Source: an uncultured Mycobacteriaceae bacterium
GTDB taxonomy: Bacteria > Pseudomonadota > Alphaproteobacteria > DSM-16000 > Inquilinaceae
Length of the DNA: 56,494 nucleotides
Direction of reading: 5' to 3'
NCBI GenBank assembly: GCA_964615535.1
Contig: CAZTNV010000001.1
Location: forward strand, 3,012 to 59,505
Positions 1-7,204 of the stretch are shown here, in pieces (position 1 is the stretch's first letter; each line of letters begins with the position of its first letter). The position numbers were made by a program, and so were the translations under genes. The notes under the pieces were generated by a model. That model had not been told where the DNA came from, searched no databases, and worked only from the letters and a program-made list of their open reading frames with translations.

Positions 1-1086
1 CGCCAGCCCGGCCAGGATCAGCCGCCGCCGCGCCCGCCCGCCGGCTGCGGCCAGCACGCCCACGCCAAGGAACAGCCCGGCCTTGGCCAGGCCATGATGG
101 GTGGCGTAGAGCGCCACCGCGGCCAGCGCCAGAGGCAACGCCGCGGGATCGATCAGCACGCTGCCGATACCGGCCAGGATCAGCCCCATCTGGCTCAGGC
201 TGGAATAGGCCAGCACGGTCTTGGGCCGGCGCTGCGGCAGCCCGGCCAGCATGCCGTAATAGGCGGTGAAGAAGCCGAGCGCCACGATCGCCGCGCCCCA
301 GGCCTCCGCGCCGCCCTCGCCCAGCGGCAGGAAGCGCAGCAGGCCGAAGAGCCCAGCCTTGATGATCGCGCCGCTCAGCACCGCCGAGCCGGGGGTCGGC
401 GCCGCCGGATGGGCGAGCGGCAGCCAGACGTGCAACGGCACCAAGCCGGCCTTGATGCCGAACCCGATCAGCAGCAGCGCCATGGTCAGATCGCGCTCCG
501 CCGCCGCCGCCACCGCGGCCGGCAGGGCGCCGATCGCCAGGCTGCCGGCGGCGGTCGCGGCCAGCATGAACCCGAGCAGCAGGCAGGTCTCACCCAGCAC
601 CGCCAGCGCGATGTAGACCCGCCCGGCGAAGCGTGCGAACGGCGTCTCTTCATGGATCACCAGGCCGTAGGAGGACAGGGTCATCAAGCTGAAGAACAGG
701 TAGAATCCGGCCACGTCCCCGGCCAGCAAGAGGCCGAAATTGCCCGCCATCGCCGCCAGAAAGAAGGCCGCGAAACGGTACCGCCCGGCATCGGCCGCCA
801 GATAGGTCCGGCCATAGACCCCGCCCGCGATCCAGATCAGCGCACTGAACCACAGGAACACCTGGCCGACCGGGTCAAGCTCCAGCGTCAGGCCGAACAG
901 CAGGTCGGGCAGCACCACCCGGGTGCCCGCAGGAGCGAACAGCCCGGCCGCCAGCGCCGGCAGCGCCGCGGCCGGGGTCAGAGCGGCCACCGTCGGGCGC
1001 AGCCGCCCGACCAGCACGGCCAGCAGCGCCAGTGCCAGCGGCGCCGCAGCAGCAGCGACCAGGCCGGCCTCGGCCGGCCCGCTCAC
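1..1086 (-). CDS. Mrp/Mnh-type antiporter-like subunit (NuoL/M/N, MrpA/D family); 5' part only, gene runs off the window start
   Basis: Absent from the ORF track because there is no stop in the window. My reverse translation from GTG at 1086 (GTGA overlap with the upstream stop at 1083-1085) reads VSGPAEAGLVAAAAAPLALALL..LFGLTLELDPVGQVFLWFSA..PLAHPAAPTPGSAVLSGAII. It stays open to position 1 and carries the proton-pumping NuoL/M/N signature. Confidence 0.8.
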   Translation of the reverse strand, partial: MSGPAEAGLVAAAAAPLALALLAVLVGRLRPTVAALTPAAALPALAAGLFAPAGTRVVLPDLLFGLTLELDPVGQVFLWFSALIWIAGGVYGRTYLAADAGRYRFAAFFLAAMAGNFGLLLAGDVAGFYLFFSLMTLSSYGLVIHEETPFARFAGRVYIALAVLGETCLLLGFMLAATAAGSLAIGALPAAVAAAAERDLTMALLLIGFGIKAGLVPLHVWLPLAHPAAPTPGSAVLSGAIIKAGLFGLLRFLPLGEGGAEAWGAAIVALGFFTAYYGMLAGLPQRRPKTVLAYSSLSQMGLILAGIGSVLIDPAALPLALAAVALYATHHGLAKAGLFLGVGVLAAAGGRARRRLILAGLA

Positions 1087-2585
1087 CGGCCGTACTCCAG
1101 CGCGGCGACCAGCGTGGCCCAGCCGAGCGGGCTGGCCGCGAAGCCGGCGAACAGCCCGGCCGCGAGCGCCGCCGCCGCGGTCGCCACCGGCGGCAGGAAC
1201 AGGCCGGCGGAGGTTTCGAACCGGCTCCCCGCCCGGTGTTCGTCCTCGTGCCATTCCCCGGCCGGCGGCCTGAACCAGGCGCGGTACAGGATCGGCAGGA
1301 AATAGGCGGCGTTGAGCAGGCTGGAGCCGCCGAGCACGAAGATCACCCAGAGCTGCCCGGCCTCCAGCCCGCCGGTGCCGAGATACCATTTGCTGACGAA
1401 GCCGGCGATCGGCGGCACCCCCATCATGCCCAGCGCCGCGATGCTGAACGACAGCGTGGTCCAGGGCATCCGCTGGCCGATGCCGTCGAGCTGGTCGATG
1501 CGATAGGCATGGACCGTCTCGGCGAAGGCGCCAGCGCAGAAGAACATGGTGATCTTCATCAGGCCCTGATGGATCAGGTGGACCAGCCCGCCGATCGTCG
1601 CGATCGGCCCGGCCAGCGCCACGCCCAGCGTGATGTAGGAGACCTGGCTGACCGTGGAGTAGGCCAGCCGGCGCTTCAGGTCGGTCTGGGCGAGCGCCAG
1701 CGCCGAGCCGTACAGGATGGTCGCTGCAGCCAGCAGGGCCAGCGGCAGGCCGACCCCGAGATCGAGGACCAGGGTGGTGCCGTAGACGTCGTAGACCACG
1801 CGGACGATGCCGAAGGCCACCGCCTTGACCACCGCGACGGCGTGCAGCAGCGCGCTGACCGGGGCCGGCGCGGCCATCGCCGTGGGCAGCCAGCCGTGTA
1901 GCGGCACCAGCGCCGCCTTGACCCCCAGCCCGGCGATCAGCAGCCAGAAGATCAGGACCAGGAGACCGCGATCGGTGTCGAGATGGGCGCCGAGCTGCGG
2001 TCCCTGGGCGAATTCCACCGGCCCGGCCAGGCTCTGCAGCCACACGATGCCGAGCAGCAGCGGCGCGCCGGCCGCCATGGTATAGGCTAGGTATTTCCGC
2101 CCGGCGGCCAGCGATTCGGGATCGCCGCGATGCACCACCAGCGGCCAGGTCGACAGGGTCAGCAGCTCGTAGAAGAAGAAGAAGGTGATGGCGTTGCCGG
2201 CCAGGGCGATGCCGGTGGTCGCCGCGACGCAGATCGCGAAGAAGCCGAAGAAGCGGTTCTGGTGCGGCGTGCCGGACAGATAGCTGACCGCGTAGATCGT
2301 GGTGACGAACCACAGCCCGGCCGACAGGGTCACGAACAGCATGGCCAGCGGATCGACCCGGAGGATCAGGTCCAGCCCCGGCACCAGCCCCAGCCGGGCC
2401 TCGGAGCGTTCGCCCAGCCACACCCCCCAGAGCAGCAGGGCGACCAGCACCAGCTTCAGCGTCGCGCCGATCATGTTGAACGCCACGCGGCTGCGGTGGG
2501 CGTCGGCCGGCAGCACGAAGATCAGCAGGCCCGGCGTGAGCGAGCTGAGCAGCGTGGCGAGCGGGAGCCAGGCCGTGCCGGTCAT
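1083..2585 (-). CDS. Mrp/Mnh antiporter subunit D-like (NuoM/N family membrane subunit)
   Basis: This is the C-terminal 500 aa of track ORF 1083..4043, starting MTGTAWLPLATLL. Motifs include LVPLHGWLPTAMAAPAPVSALLHAVAVVKA and AYSTVSQVSYI. ATG at 2585 overlaps the upstream stop (ATGA). The N-terminal 485 aa of the track ORF is an out-of-frame artefact. Confidence 0.85.
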   Translation of the reverse strand: MTGTAWLPLATLLSSLTPGLLIFVLPADAHRSRVAFNMIGATLKLVLVALLLWGVWLGERSEARLGLVPGLDLILRVDPLAMLFVTLSAGLWFVTTIYAVSYLSGTPHQNRFFGFFAICVAATTGIALAGNAITFFFFYELLTLSTWPLVVHRGDPESLAAGRKYLAYTMAAGAPLLLGIVWLQSLAGPVEFAQGPQLGAHLDTDRGLLVLIFWLLIAGLGVKAALVPLHGWLPTAMAAPAPVSALLHAVAVVKAVAFGIVRVVYDVYGTTLVLDLGVGLPLALLAAATILYGSALALAQTDLKRRLAYSTVSQVSYITLGVALAGPIATIGGLVHLIHQGLMKITMFFCAGAFAETVHAYRIDQLDGIGQRMPWTTLSFSIAALGMMGVPPIAGFVSKWYLGTGGLEAGQLWVIFVLGGSSLLNAAYFLPILYRAWFRPPAGEWHEDEHRAGSRFETSAGLFLPPVATAAAALAAGLFAGFAASPLGWATLVAALEYGR

Positions 2586-4084
2586 GGCAGCCCCTCCGCC
2601 GCCGCCGGCCGGCCGATTGCCAGCAGCGCCAGCGGCTGATAGGCCGCGATCCCGAGCAGCATCGACAGGAGCGCCAGGACCAGCGGCGCCAGCTCCATCC
2701 GCAGCGGCACCGGCCGGATCGCCAGATCGGCGGGCGGCGGGGCGAAGGCCGGGGACAGCGCGCCGAACACGTAGCCGGCCGCGAGCAGCCCGCCGGCCAG
2801 CATGACCAGCGCCCACCACCACTGGCCGGCGTCCAGCGCGGCGTTGAGCAGCAGCCATTTCGCCACGAACCCGCCCGAGGGCGGCAGGCCGATCAGGGTC
2901 AGCCCGGCCAGGGCGATCGCGAACACGGTGACCGGCAGGCGCTGGGCGGCGCCGCTGATGCCGGCGATCCGGTCGTGGCCGAGCGCGTGGATGATCGTGC
3001 CGGCGGCCAAGAACATCGCCGCCTTGGCCGCGGCATGGGACACCGCATGGAAGATCCCGCCGCTCCACGCCCCCGGAGTCCAGGGCATCGGCCCGGCGCC
3101 GCCGGCCAGCGGGAACAGCAGGAACAGGTAGCCGATCTGGGCGATCGAGGAATAGGCGATCATCAGCTTTAGCCGGTTCTGGCGCAACGCCAGCACCGAG
3201 CCCCACAGGATCGCCGCCGCGCCCAGCAGGCCCAGCAGGTCCGCCGCCGCCGCGCTCGTCGCCGGGGCGAACACGTCGAACCACAGCCGCACGACCAGGT
3301 AGAACGACGCCTTGACCACCAGCCCCGACAGCAGCGCGCTGGCCGGGGCGGGGGCGTTGGCATGGGCCGGCGGCAGCCAGACGTGCAGCGGGAACAGCGC
3401 GGTCTTGGCCAGCAGCCCGACCGTCATCAGCACCAGCGCCGCCATGGTTGCCGGTTCCGGCTCGACCCGCGCGGCCAGCACCGTCAGATCGAGCGTGCCG
3501 TAGCGGGCGTAAATCAGCGCGACGCCCAGCAGATAGGCCAGCGAGCCGGCCAGCGCGACCAGCAGGTAGCGCATCCCGGCAAACAGCGCCGCGGCCCCGC
3601 CCTGGACCGTGACCAGCGCGACCGCGGCCAGTCCCATCACCTCGATTGCGACATAGAGGTTGAACAGGTCGGCGCTCAGGAAAATCCCGTTGAGCGCCGC
3701 CAGCAGGAACAGCACCAGCGGCCAGAAGGTCAGGGCGGCGCGGTCCTCCGCCCCGGCCGGATGGCCGAACTCGGCCAGGGCGTGGACCATTACCACCGTA
3801 CCGACCACGGCGGTGGTCAGCACCATCAGCGCGGCGAAGCCGTCGGTGTGCAGGGCGATGCCGAGCGGGGCCGGCCAGCCGCCGAGTGCGTAGTGCAGCG
3901 GGCCGTGGGTCCAGACCTGCATCGCCAGCGCAACGGCGGCGCCGACCAGCCCGGCGGCGGCGACCAGCGGCACCCAGGGCACGGTGCGCCGTCCGAGCGC
4001 CACCGCCAGCGCCGCCAGCACCAGCGGCGGCATGATCGTCCACACCACCCAGGGGATCGAGCGGTCGATCAGCGCTCCGGCCAA
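2582..4084 (-). CDS. Mrp/Mnh antiporter subunit D-like (NuoM/N family membrane subunit)
   Basis: Track ORF 2582..4327 carries LFPLHVWLPPAHANAPAPASALLSGLVVKAS and AYSSIAQIGYLF. The likely start is TTG at 4084, preceded by GAAGGA 8 nt upstream and lying just after the stop of the 4090..4602 gene. ATG at 4033 is an alternative. Confidence 0.75.
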   Translation of the reverse strand: MAGALIDRSIPWVVWTIMPPLVLAALAVALGRRTVPWVPLVAAAGLVGAAVALAMQVWTHGPLHYALGGWPAPLGIALHTDGFAALMVLTTAVVGTVVMVHALAEFGHPAGAEDRAALTFWPLVLFLLAALNGIFLSADLFNLYVAIEVMGLAAVALVTVQGGAAALFAGMRYLLVALAGSLAYLLGVALIYARYGTLDLTVLAARVEPEPATMAALVLMTVGLLAKTALFPLHVWLPPAHANAPAPASALLSGLVVKASFYLVVRLWFDVFAPATSAAAADLLGLLGAAAILWGSVLALRQNRLKLMIAYSSIAQIGYLFLLFPLAGGAGPMPWTPGAWSGGIFHAVSHAAAKAAMFLAAGTIIHALGHDRIAGISGAAQRLPVTVFAIALAGLTLIGLPPSGGFVAKWLLLNAALDAGQWWWALVMLAGGLLAAGYVFGALSPAFAPPPADLAIRPVPLRMELAPLVLALLSMLLGIAAYQPLALLAIGRPAAAEGLP

Positions 4085-4089
4085 CGCCG

Positions 4090-4602
4090 CTATCCTTCGT
4101 CTCGATCGGCCGCTCGCCCGGCCGCTCCGCCGCCGTCGTCCTCGGCCAGGGCGGTGCGTCCGGTCGCGTGGCGGATGCGCCAGGCGAGGACCAGGGCGAA
4201 GGCGGTGGCCGACACCGCGACCACGATGCCGGTGATCACCATGGCGTGGGGCACCGGGTCCGGCCCTTCGGCGCGGACCGGCGGGCCGGGCACGCCGCCC
4301 CAGCACCCCGCCGGGGTCAGCGACCACACCCCGATCAGGGCGAGCAGCAGGACCCCGGCCTCAAGCAGCGTGTCGTAGCCGCGGAAATTGAGCAGCACGG
4401 CGGTGACCGGGTTCTCGACCCCGCTCTCCGCCAGCCGGCCGGCCACGACGGGCGCCAGCCCCGGCCCGTCGGCCGGCAGGCTCAGCACCGTCCAGCCGAG
4501 CCCCGCCGCCAGCGCCGCGAAGGCGGCGGCCAGAACGCCGCGCGCGACCGGGCCGGCGGCCGGTTCGGGGCGGCTCGGACTATGGCTGTCGGCGGTCGCC
4601 AT
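4090..4602 (-). CDS. MnhB-domain membrane subunit with an MrpC-like C-terminal helix
   Basis: Starts MATADSHS (ATG at 4602). ENPVTAVLLNFRGYDTLLEAGVLL is the MnhB/MrpA C-terminal domain signature. The tail DPVPHAMVITGIVVAVSATAFALVLAWRI resembles the last helix of MrpC/NuoK. Confidence 0.65.
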   Translation of the reverse strand: MATADSHSPSRPEPAAGPVARGVLAAAFAALAAGLGWTVLSLPADGPGLAPVVAGRLAESGVENPVTAVLLNFRGYDTLLEAGVLLLALIGVWSLTPAGCWGGVPGPPVRAEGPDPVPHAMVITGIVVAVSATAFALVLAWRIRHATGRTALAEDDGGGAAGRAADRDEG

Positions 4603-4888
4603 TCCCGGTCTCCTCATGGTCGTTTCCAGTTCCGCCGGGCGGGTCTCGGCCGATCCGGTCGAGCGCGCGCAGGAACAGCACACCGGTCAGCCCGGCGCCG
4701 ATCGCCGCTTCGGCCAGGGCGACGTCGGGCGCGGACAGGCGCAGCCACGCCACCGCCATCAGCAGCCCGAACACGATGAACAGCACGATGCCGGTGAACA
4801 GCGCGCGCGACGCCAGCGCCCGCCACGCCAGCCCGACCAGCAGCACCGCGAGCACGGCGTCGAAGGCCAGATCCAGCAGCCCGGTCAC
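4580..4888 (-). CDS. DUF4040 / MbhD-like small membrane subunit (MrpA C-terminal region homologue)
   Basis: VTGLLDLAFDAVLAVLLVGLAWRAL..PDVALAEAAIGAGLTGVLFL. GTG at 4888 overlaps the mnhG stop (GTGA). The upstream part of track ORF 4580..5023 overlaps mnhG out of frame. Confidence 0.65.
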   Translation of the reverse strand: MTGLLDLAFDAVLAVLLVGLAWRALASRALFTGIVLFIVFGLLMAVAWLRLSAPDVALAEAAIGAGLTGVLFLRALDRIGRDPPGGTGNDHEETGNGDRRQP

Positions 4889-5202
4889 CGGCGCTCTCCC
4901 GGGTCGCGCCGCACCGGCGGAATCCCGGCGCCGAGCGCGGCCTGGGCGATCAACTGCGACACCGTGGCCGCGGTCAGGAGGGCGATCAGCCAGACCAGGA
5001 CCAGCTTCAGCACCGCCAGCCACGACTCCGCCTGCAGGGCCAGCCCGGCGACGACCAGGCCGAGCCCGAGATTGTCGGCCTTGGTCACGGCGTGCAGCCG
5101 GGTATAGACGTCGGGAAAGCGCAGCACGCCCACCGTACCGGCCAGGTAGAACAGCGCCCCGGCGATCACCAGCAGGGCCGACGCCAGCGCGACGAGCGTC
5201 AT
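4885..5202 (-). CDS. mnhG: Mrp/Mnh antiporter subunit G
   Basis: MTLVALASALLVIAGALFYLAGTVGVLRFPDVYTRLHAVTKADNLGLGL is the classic MnhG/PhaG signature. ATG at 5202 overlaps the mnhF stop (ATGA). Confidence 0.85.
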   Translation of the reverse strand: MTLVALASALLVIAGALFYLAGTVGVLRFPDVYTRLHAVTKADNLGLGLVVAGLALQAESWLAVLKLVLVWLIALLTAATVSQLIAQAALGAGIPPVRRDPGERR

Positions 5203-5507
5203 CGGCCGTCCTCCTCCCGCCCCCGATCCTCCCGTTCCTCGCGATCCGGCGGCGCGGCCAGCCACCCGCCGCGCAGGAAAGCCAGCGCCGCCATCGCGGC
5301 CAGGAGGACCAGCACCAGCGCGACGTCGCGGGCCGCCTCCAGCCCCTCGCGCTCGGCCAGCAGCAGCAGGACCCCGGCGCCGGTGGTGCCCATCAGTTGG
5401 ACCGCCAGCATCCGGTCGGCCGGGGTCGGTCCGCGCAGCACGCGAACCAGCCCGGCGGCGATGGTAAGCAGCAGGAACAGCGCGACCGCGGCATGAAGCT
5501 CAGCCAT
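5199..5507 (-). CDS. mnhF: Mrp/Mnh antiporter subunit F
   Basis: MAELHAAVALFLLLTIAAGLVRVLRGPTPADRMLAVQLMGTTG is the MnhF/PhaF signature. It overlaps the mnhE stop by 8 nt. Confidence 0.8.
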   Translation of the reverse strand: MAELHAAVALFLLLTIAAGLVRVLRGPTPADRMLAVQLMGTTGAGVLLLLAEREGLEAARDVALVLVLLAAMAALAFLRGGWLAAPPDREEREDRGREEDGR

Positions 5508-6057
5508 CCCGGGCGCTCCCAGGGCCGGCGGCGGGCGGTGGCGGGTCGAACAGGCGGGCGATCCGCCGCTCCTCCTCGTCGAACTGGTCGGCCAGCGGCA
5601 GATCGACGTCCAGGGCATGGACTTCGAGCCGGTCCCCCGCCATCCCGGCGCCCAGCGTCCCCGGCAGCAGACTGATCACGTCGGCGAACGCGACCCGCGC
5701 GGCGCCCTCGGGCAGGCGCCAGCGGTGGCCGACCATTCCCGGCGCGATCGGCAGCCGCGGATCGAGCGCGCGCCGCGCCACGTCGATCCCGCCAACCAGC
5801 GAGCGCACCAGGAAGTGCGGGACGAACCAAACCACCCCAACCAGCCGGAGCCGGCCGGCACCCGGTGGCTTCAACCGCAGACTCAAGGCCGTCGCGGCGA
5901 CCACCGCGGCCAGGCCGAACGGCCAGGTGCCCGGATCTCCCCCGGCAAGCGTTGTCCAGACCAGGGCGAACAGCGCACAGCGGACCAGCGCCGCCGCCCC
6001 GATACCGCTGCGGGTCGGCCCGGGAGCTCGAGGCGGGCGATCGGTGTTCCTGGACAT
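5500..6057 (-). CDS. mnhE: Mrp/Mnh antiporter subunit E
   Basis: LFALVWTTLAGG..VWFVPHFLVRSLVGGIDVARRAL..ISLLPGTL is MnhE-like. ATG at 6057 is preceded by AAGGGAG 5 nt upstream. The longer track ORF (to 6300) has no RBS support. Confidence 0.75.
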   Translation of the reverse strand: MSRNTDRPPRAPGPTRSGIGAAALVRCALFALVWTTLAGGDPGTWPFGLAAVVAATALSLRLKPPGAGRLRLVGVVWFVPHFLVRSLVGGIDVARRALDPRLPIAPGMVGHRWRLPEGAARVAFADVISLLPGTLGAGMAGDRLEVHALDVDLPLADQFDEEERRIARLFDPPPPAAGPGSARDG

Positions 6058-6539
6058 GGCCACTCCCTTGGTCGCGGGCTTGCCGGTCGCCGGTCTGGAA
6101 GAAAAAGTTGTCATAGGCGTCGGAGCGAGGACGGAAGCGGCGCCGGGTTGTCGAGCGTTCTCCGCGGCGGATGGACGCCCGCAGCGCATGGTCGGCACCT
6201 CCTCAAACCGCACGGATCGGGCAATGTTCCCTGAAACCCGTCCGGATCGCCGCGCCTGCGGCCCGGCGTGCGGATCTGCCGCGCTCCTGGCGGTCCGCAA
6301 CCGGCATCCAACTGATAGTGCCGCTACCGGGTTAAGGGATCGTCCGGTTGGTAATTCCGAATGGAACCGGCGCGCTGGTCCGGCGGTTTACCGGGACGAA
6401 GCGATGCGCGAGGCCACGGGGCACCGGCGCCATTCCGGGGACGCTCTCATGGGGGACGCCCTCATGAGGGAGGTCCGGCCGTTCGGGAATGTGTGGCGTT
6501 CGGGGTTTCGATCATGTCCCGCAATGGCAATGGCGGCCG

Positions 6540-7202
6540 ATGCCGCAGATCTTTCGACCAGGGGCGACCTTCATCTTTCGCGCCGCGGTGGTGGCCGCGG
6601 GGCTGGTGCTGATGGCCGGCGCGGCGGTGGCGCTGTGGGTGCCGCGGTCCGATCGGGCCACCGGCGTCGGCTATGCGCCGCGCCAGCCGGTGCCGTTCAG
6701 CCACGCGATCCATTCCGGCGGGCTGGGCATCGACTGCCGCTATTGCCATACCGGAGTCGAGCGCACCGCCCATGCCGGCATGCCGACCGCGGAGACCTGC
6801 ATGACCTGCCATTCGCAGGTCTGGGTCGACACGCCGCAGCTCGCGCCGGTCGCGGAAAGCCATGCCGGCGGCGGGCCGCTGCCCTGGGCTCGGGTCCACC
6901 GGCTGCCCGATCACTCGCACTTTCATCACGGCATCCACACCGCCGCCGGGGTCGCCTGCGAGAGCTGCCACGGCCGGGTCGACCGGATGCCGGTGGTGGC
7001 GCAGGTGAACTCGCTCCGGATGACCTGGTGCCTGGACTGCCACCGCGATCCGGCCGCCAGCCTGCGCCCGCCCGAGGCGGTGTTCGCGGCGGAGTGGGAC
7101 GGGCCGCCGGACGACCGGGCCGCCGCGGCGCTGGCCGCCCGCAATCCCCATGACGACCGGTCGGCCGGCCTGCTGACCAGTTGCTCGACCTGCCATCGCT
7201 AG
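6540..7202 (+). CDS. actA: Alternative complex III subunit ActA (pentaheme cytochrome c)
   Basis: Five CXXCH motifs (CRYCH, CMTCH, CESCH, CLDCH, CSTCH) follow an N-terminal TM helix, and it is the first gene of the act operon. Start taken at MPQIFRPG; ATG at 6489 is an alternative. Confidence 0.85.
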   Translation: MPQIFRPGATFIFRAAVVAAGLVLMAGAAVALWVPRSDRATGVGYAPRQPVPFSHAIHSGGLGIDCRYCHTGVERTAHAGMPTAETCMTCHSQVWVDTPQLAPVAESHAGGGPLPWARVHRLPDHSHFHHGIHTAAGVACESCHGRVDRMPVVAQVNSLRMTWCLDCHRDPAASLRPPEAVFAAEWDGPPDDRAAAALAARNPHDDRSAGLLTSCSTCHR

Positions 7203-7204
7203 CC

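Noticed and set aside
94-1305. 403 aa plus-strand ORF at the window start
   Set aside because: It is antisense to the NuoL/M/N-like frame that I verified by reverse translation. The sequence is Arg/Gln/Gly-rich and motif-free.
2586-4043. N-terminal 485 aa of the 986 aa track ORF 1083..4043
   Set aside because: This part is out of frame with, and overlaps, the genuine D-like gene 2582..4084. The real gene starts at ATG 2585 (MTGTAW), coupled by an ATGA overlap.
6300-6539. Imperfect repeat ctcatgggggacgcc/ctcatgagggaggtc and the CCGGTT..AACCGG inverted repeat in the mnhE-actA intergenic region, considered as FNR/CRP-type sites or a riboswitch
   Set aside because: There is no match to TTGAT-N4-ATCAA or other consensus sequences I can recognise. 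The structures are short and could arise by chance in GC-rich DNA.
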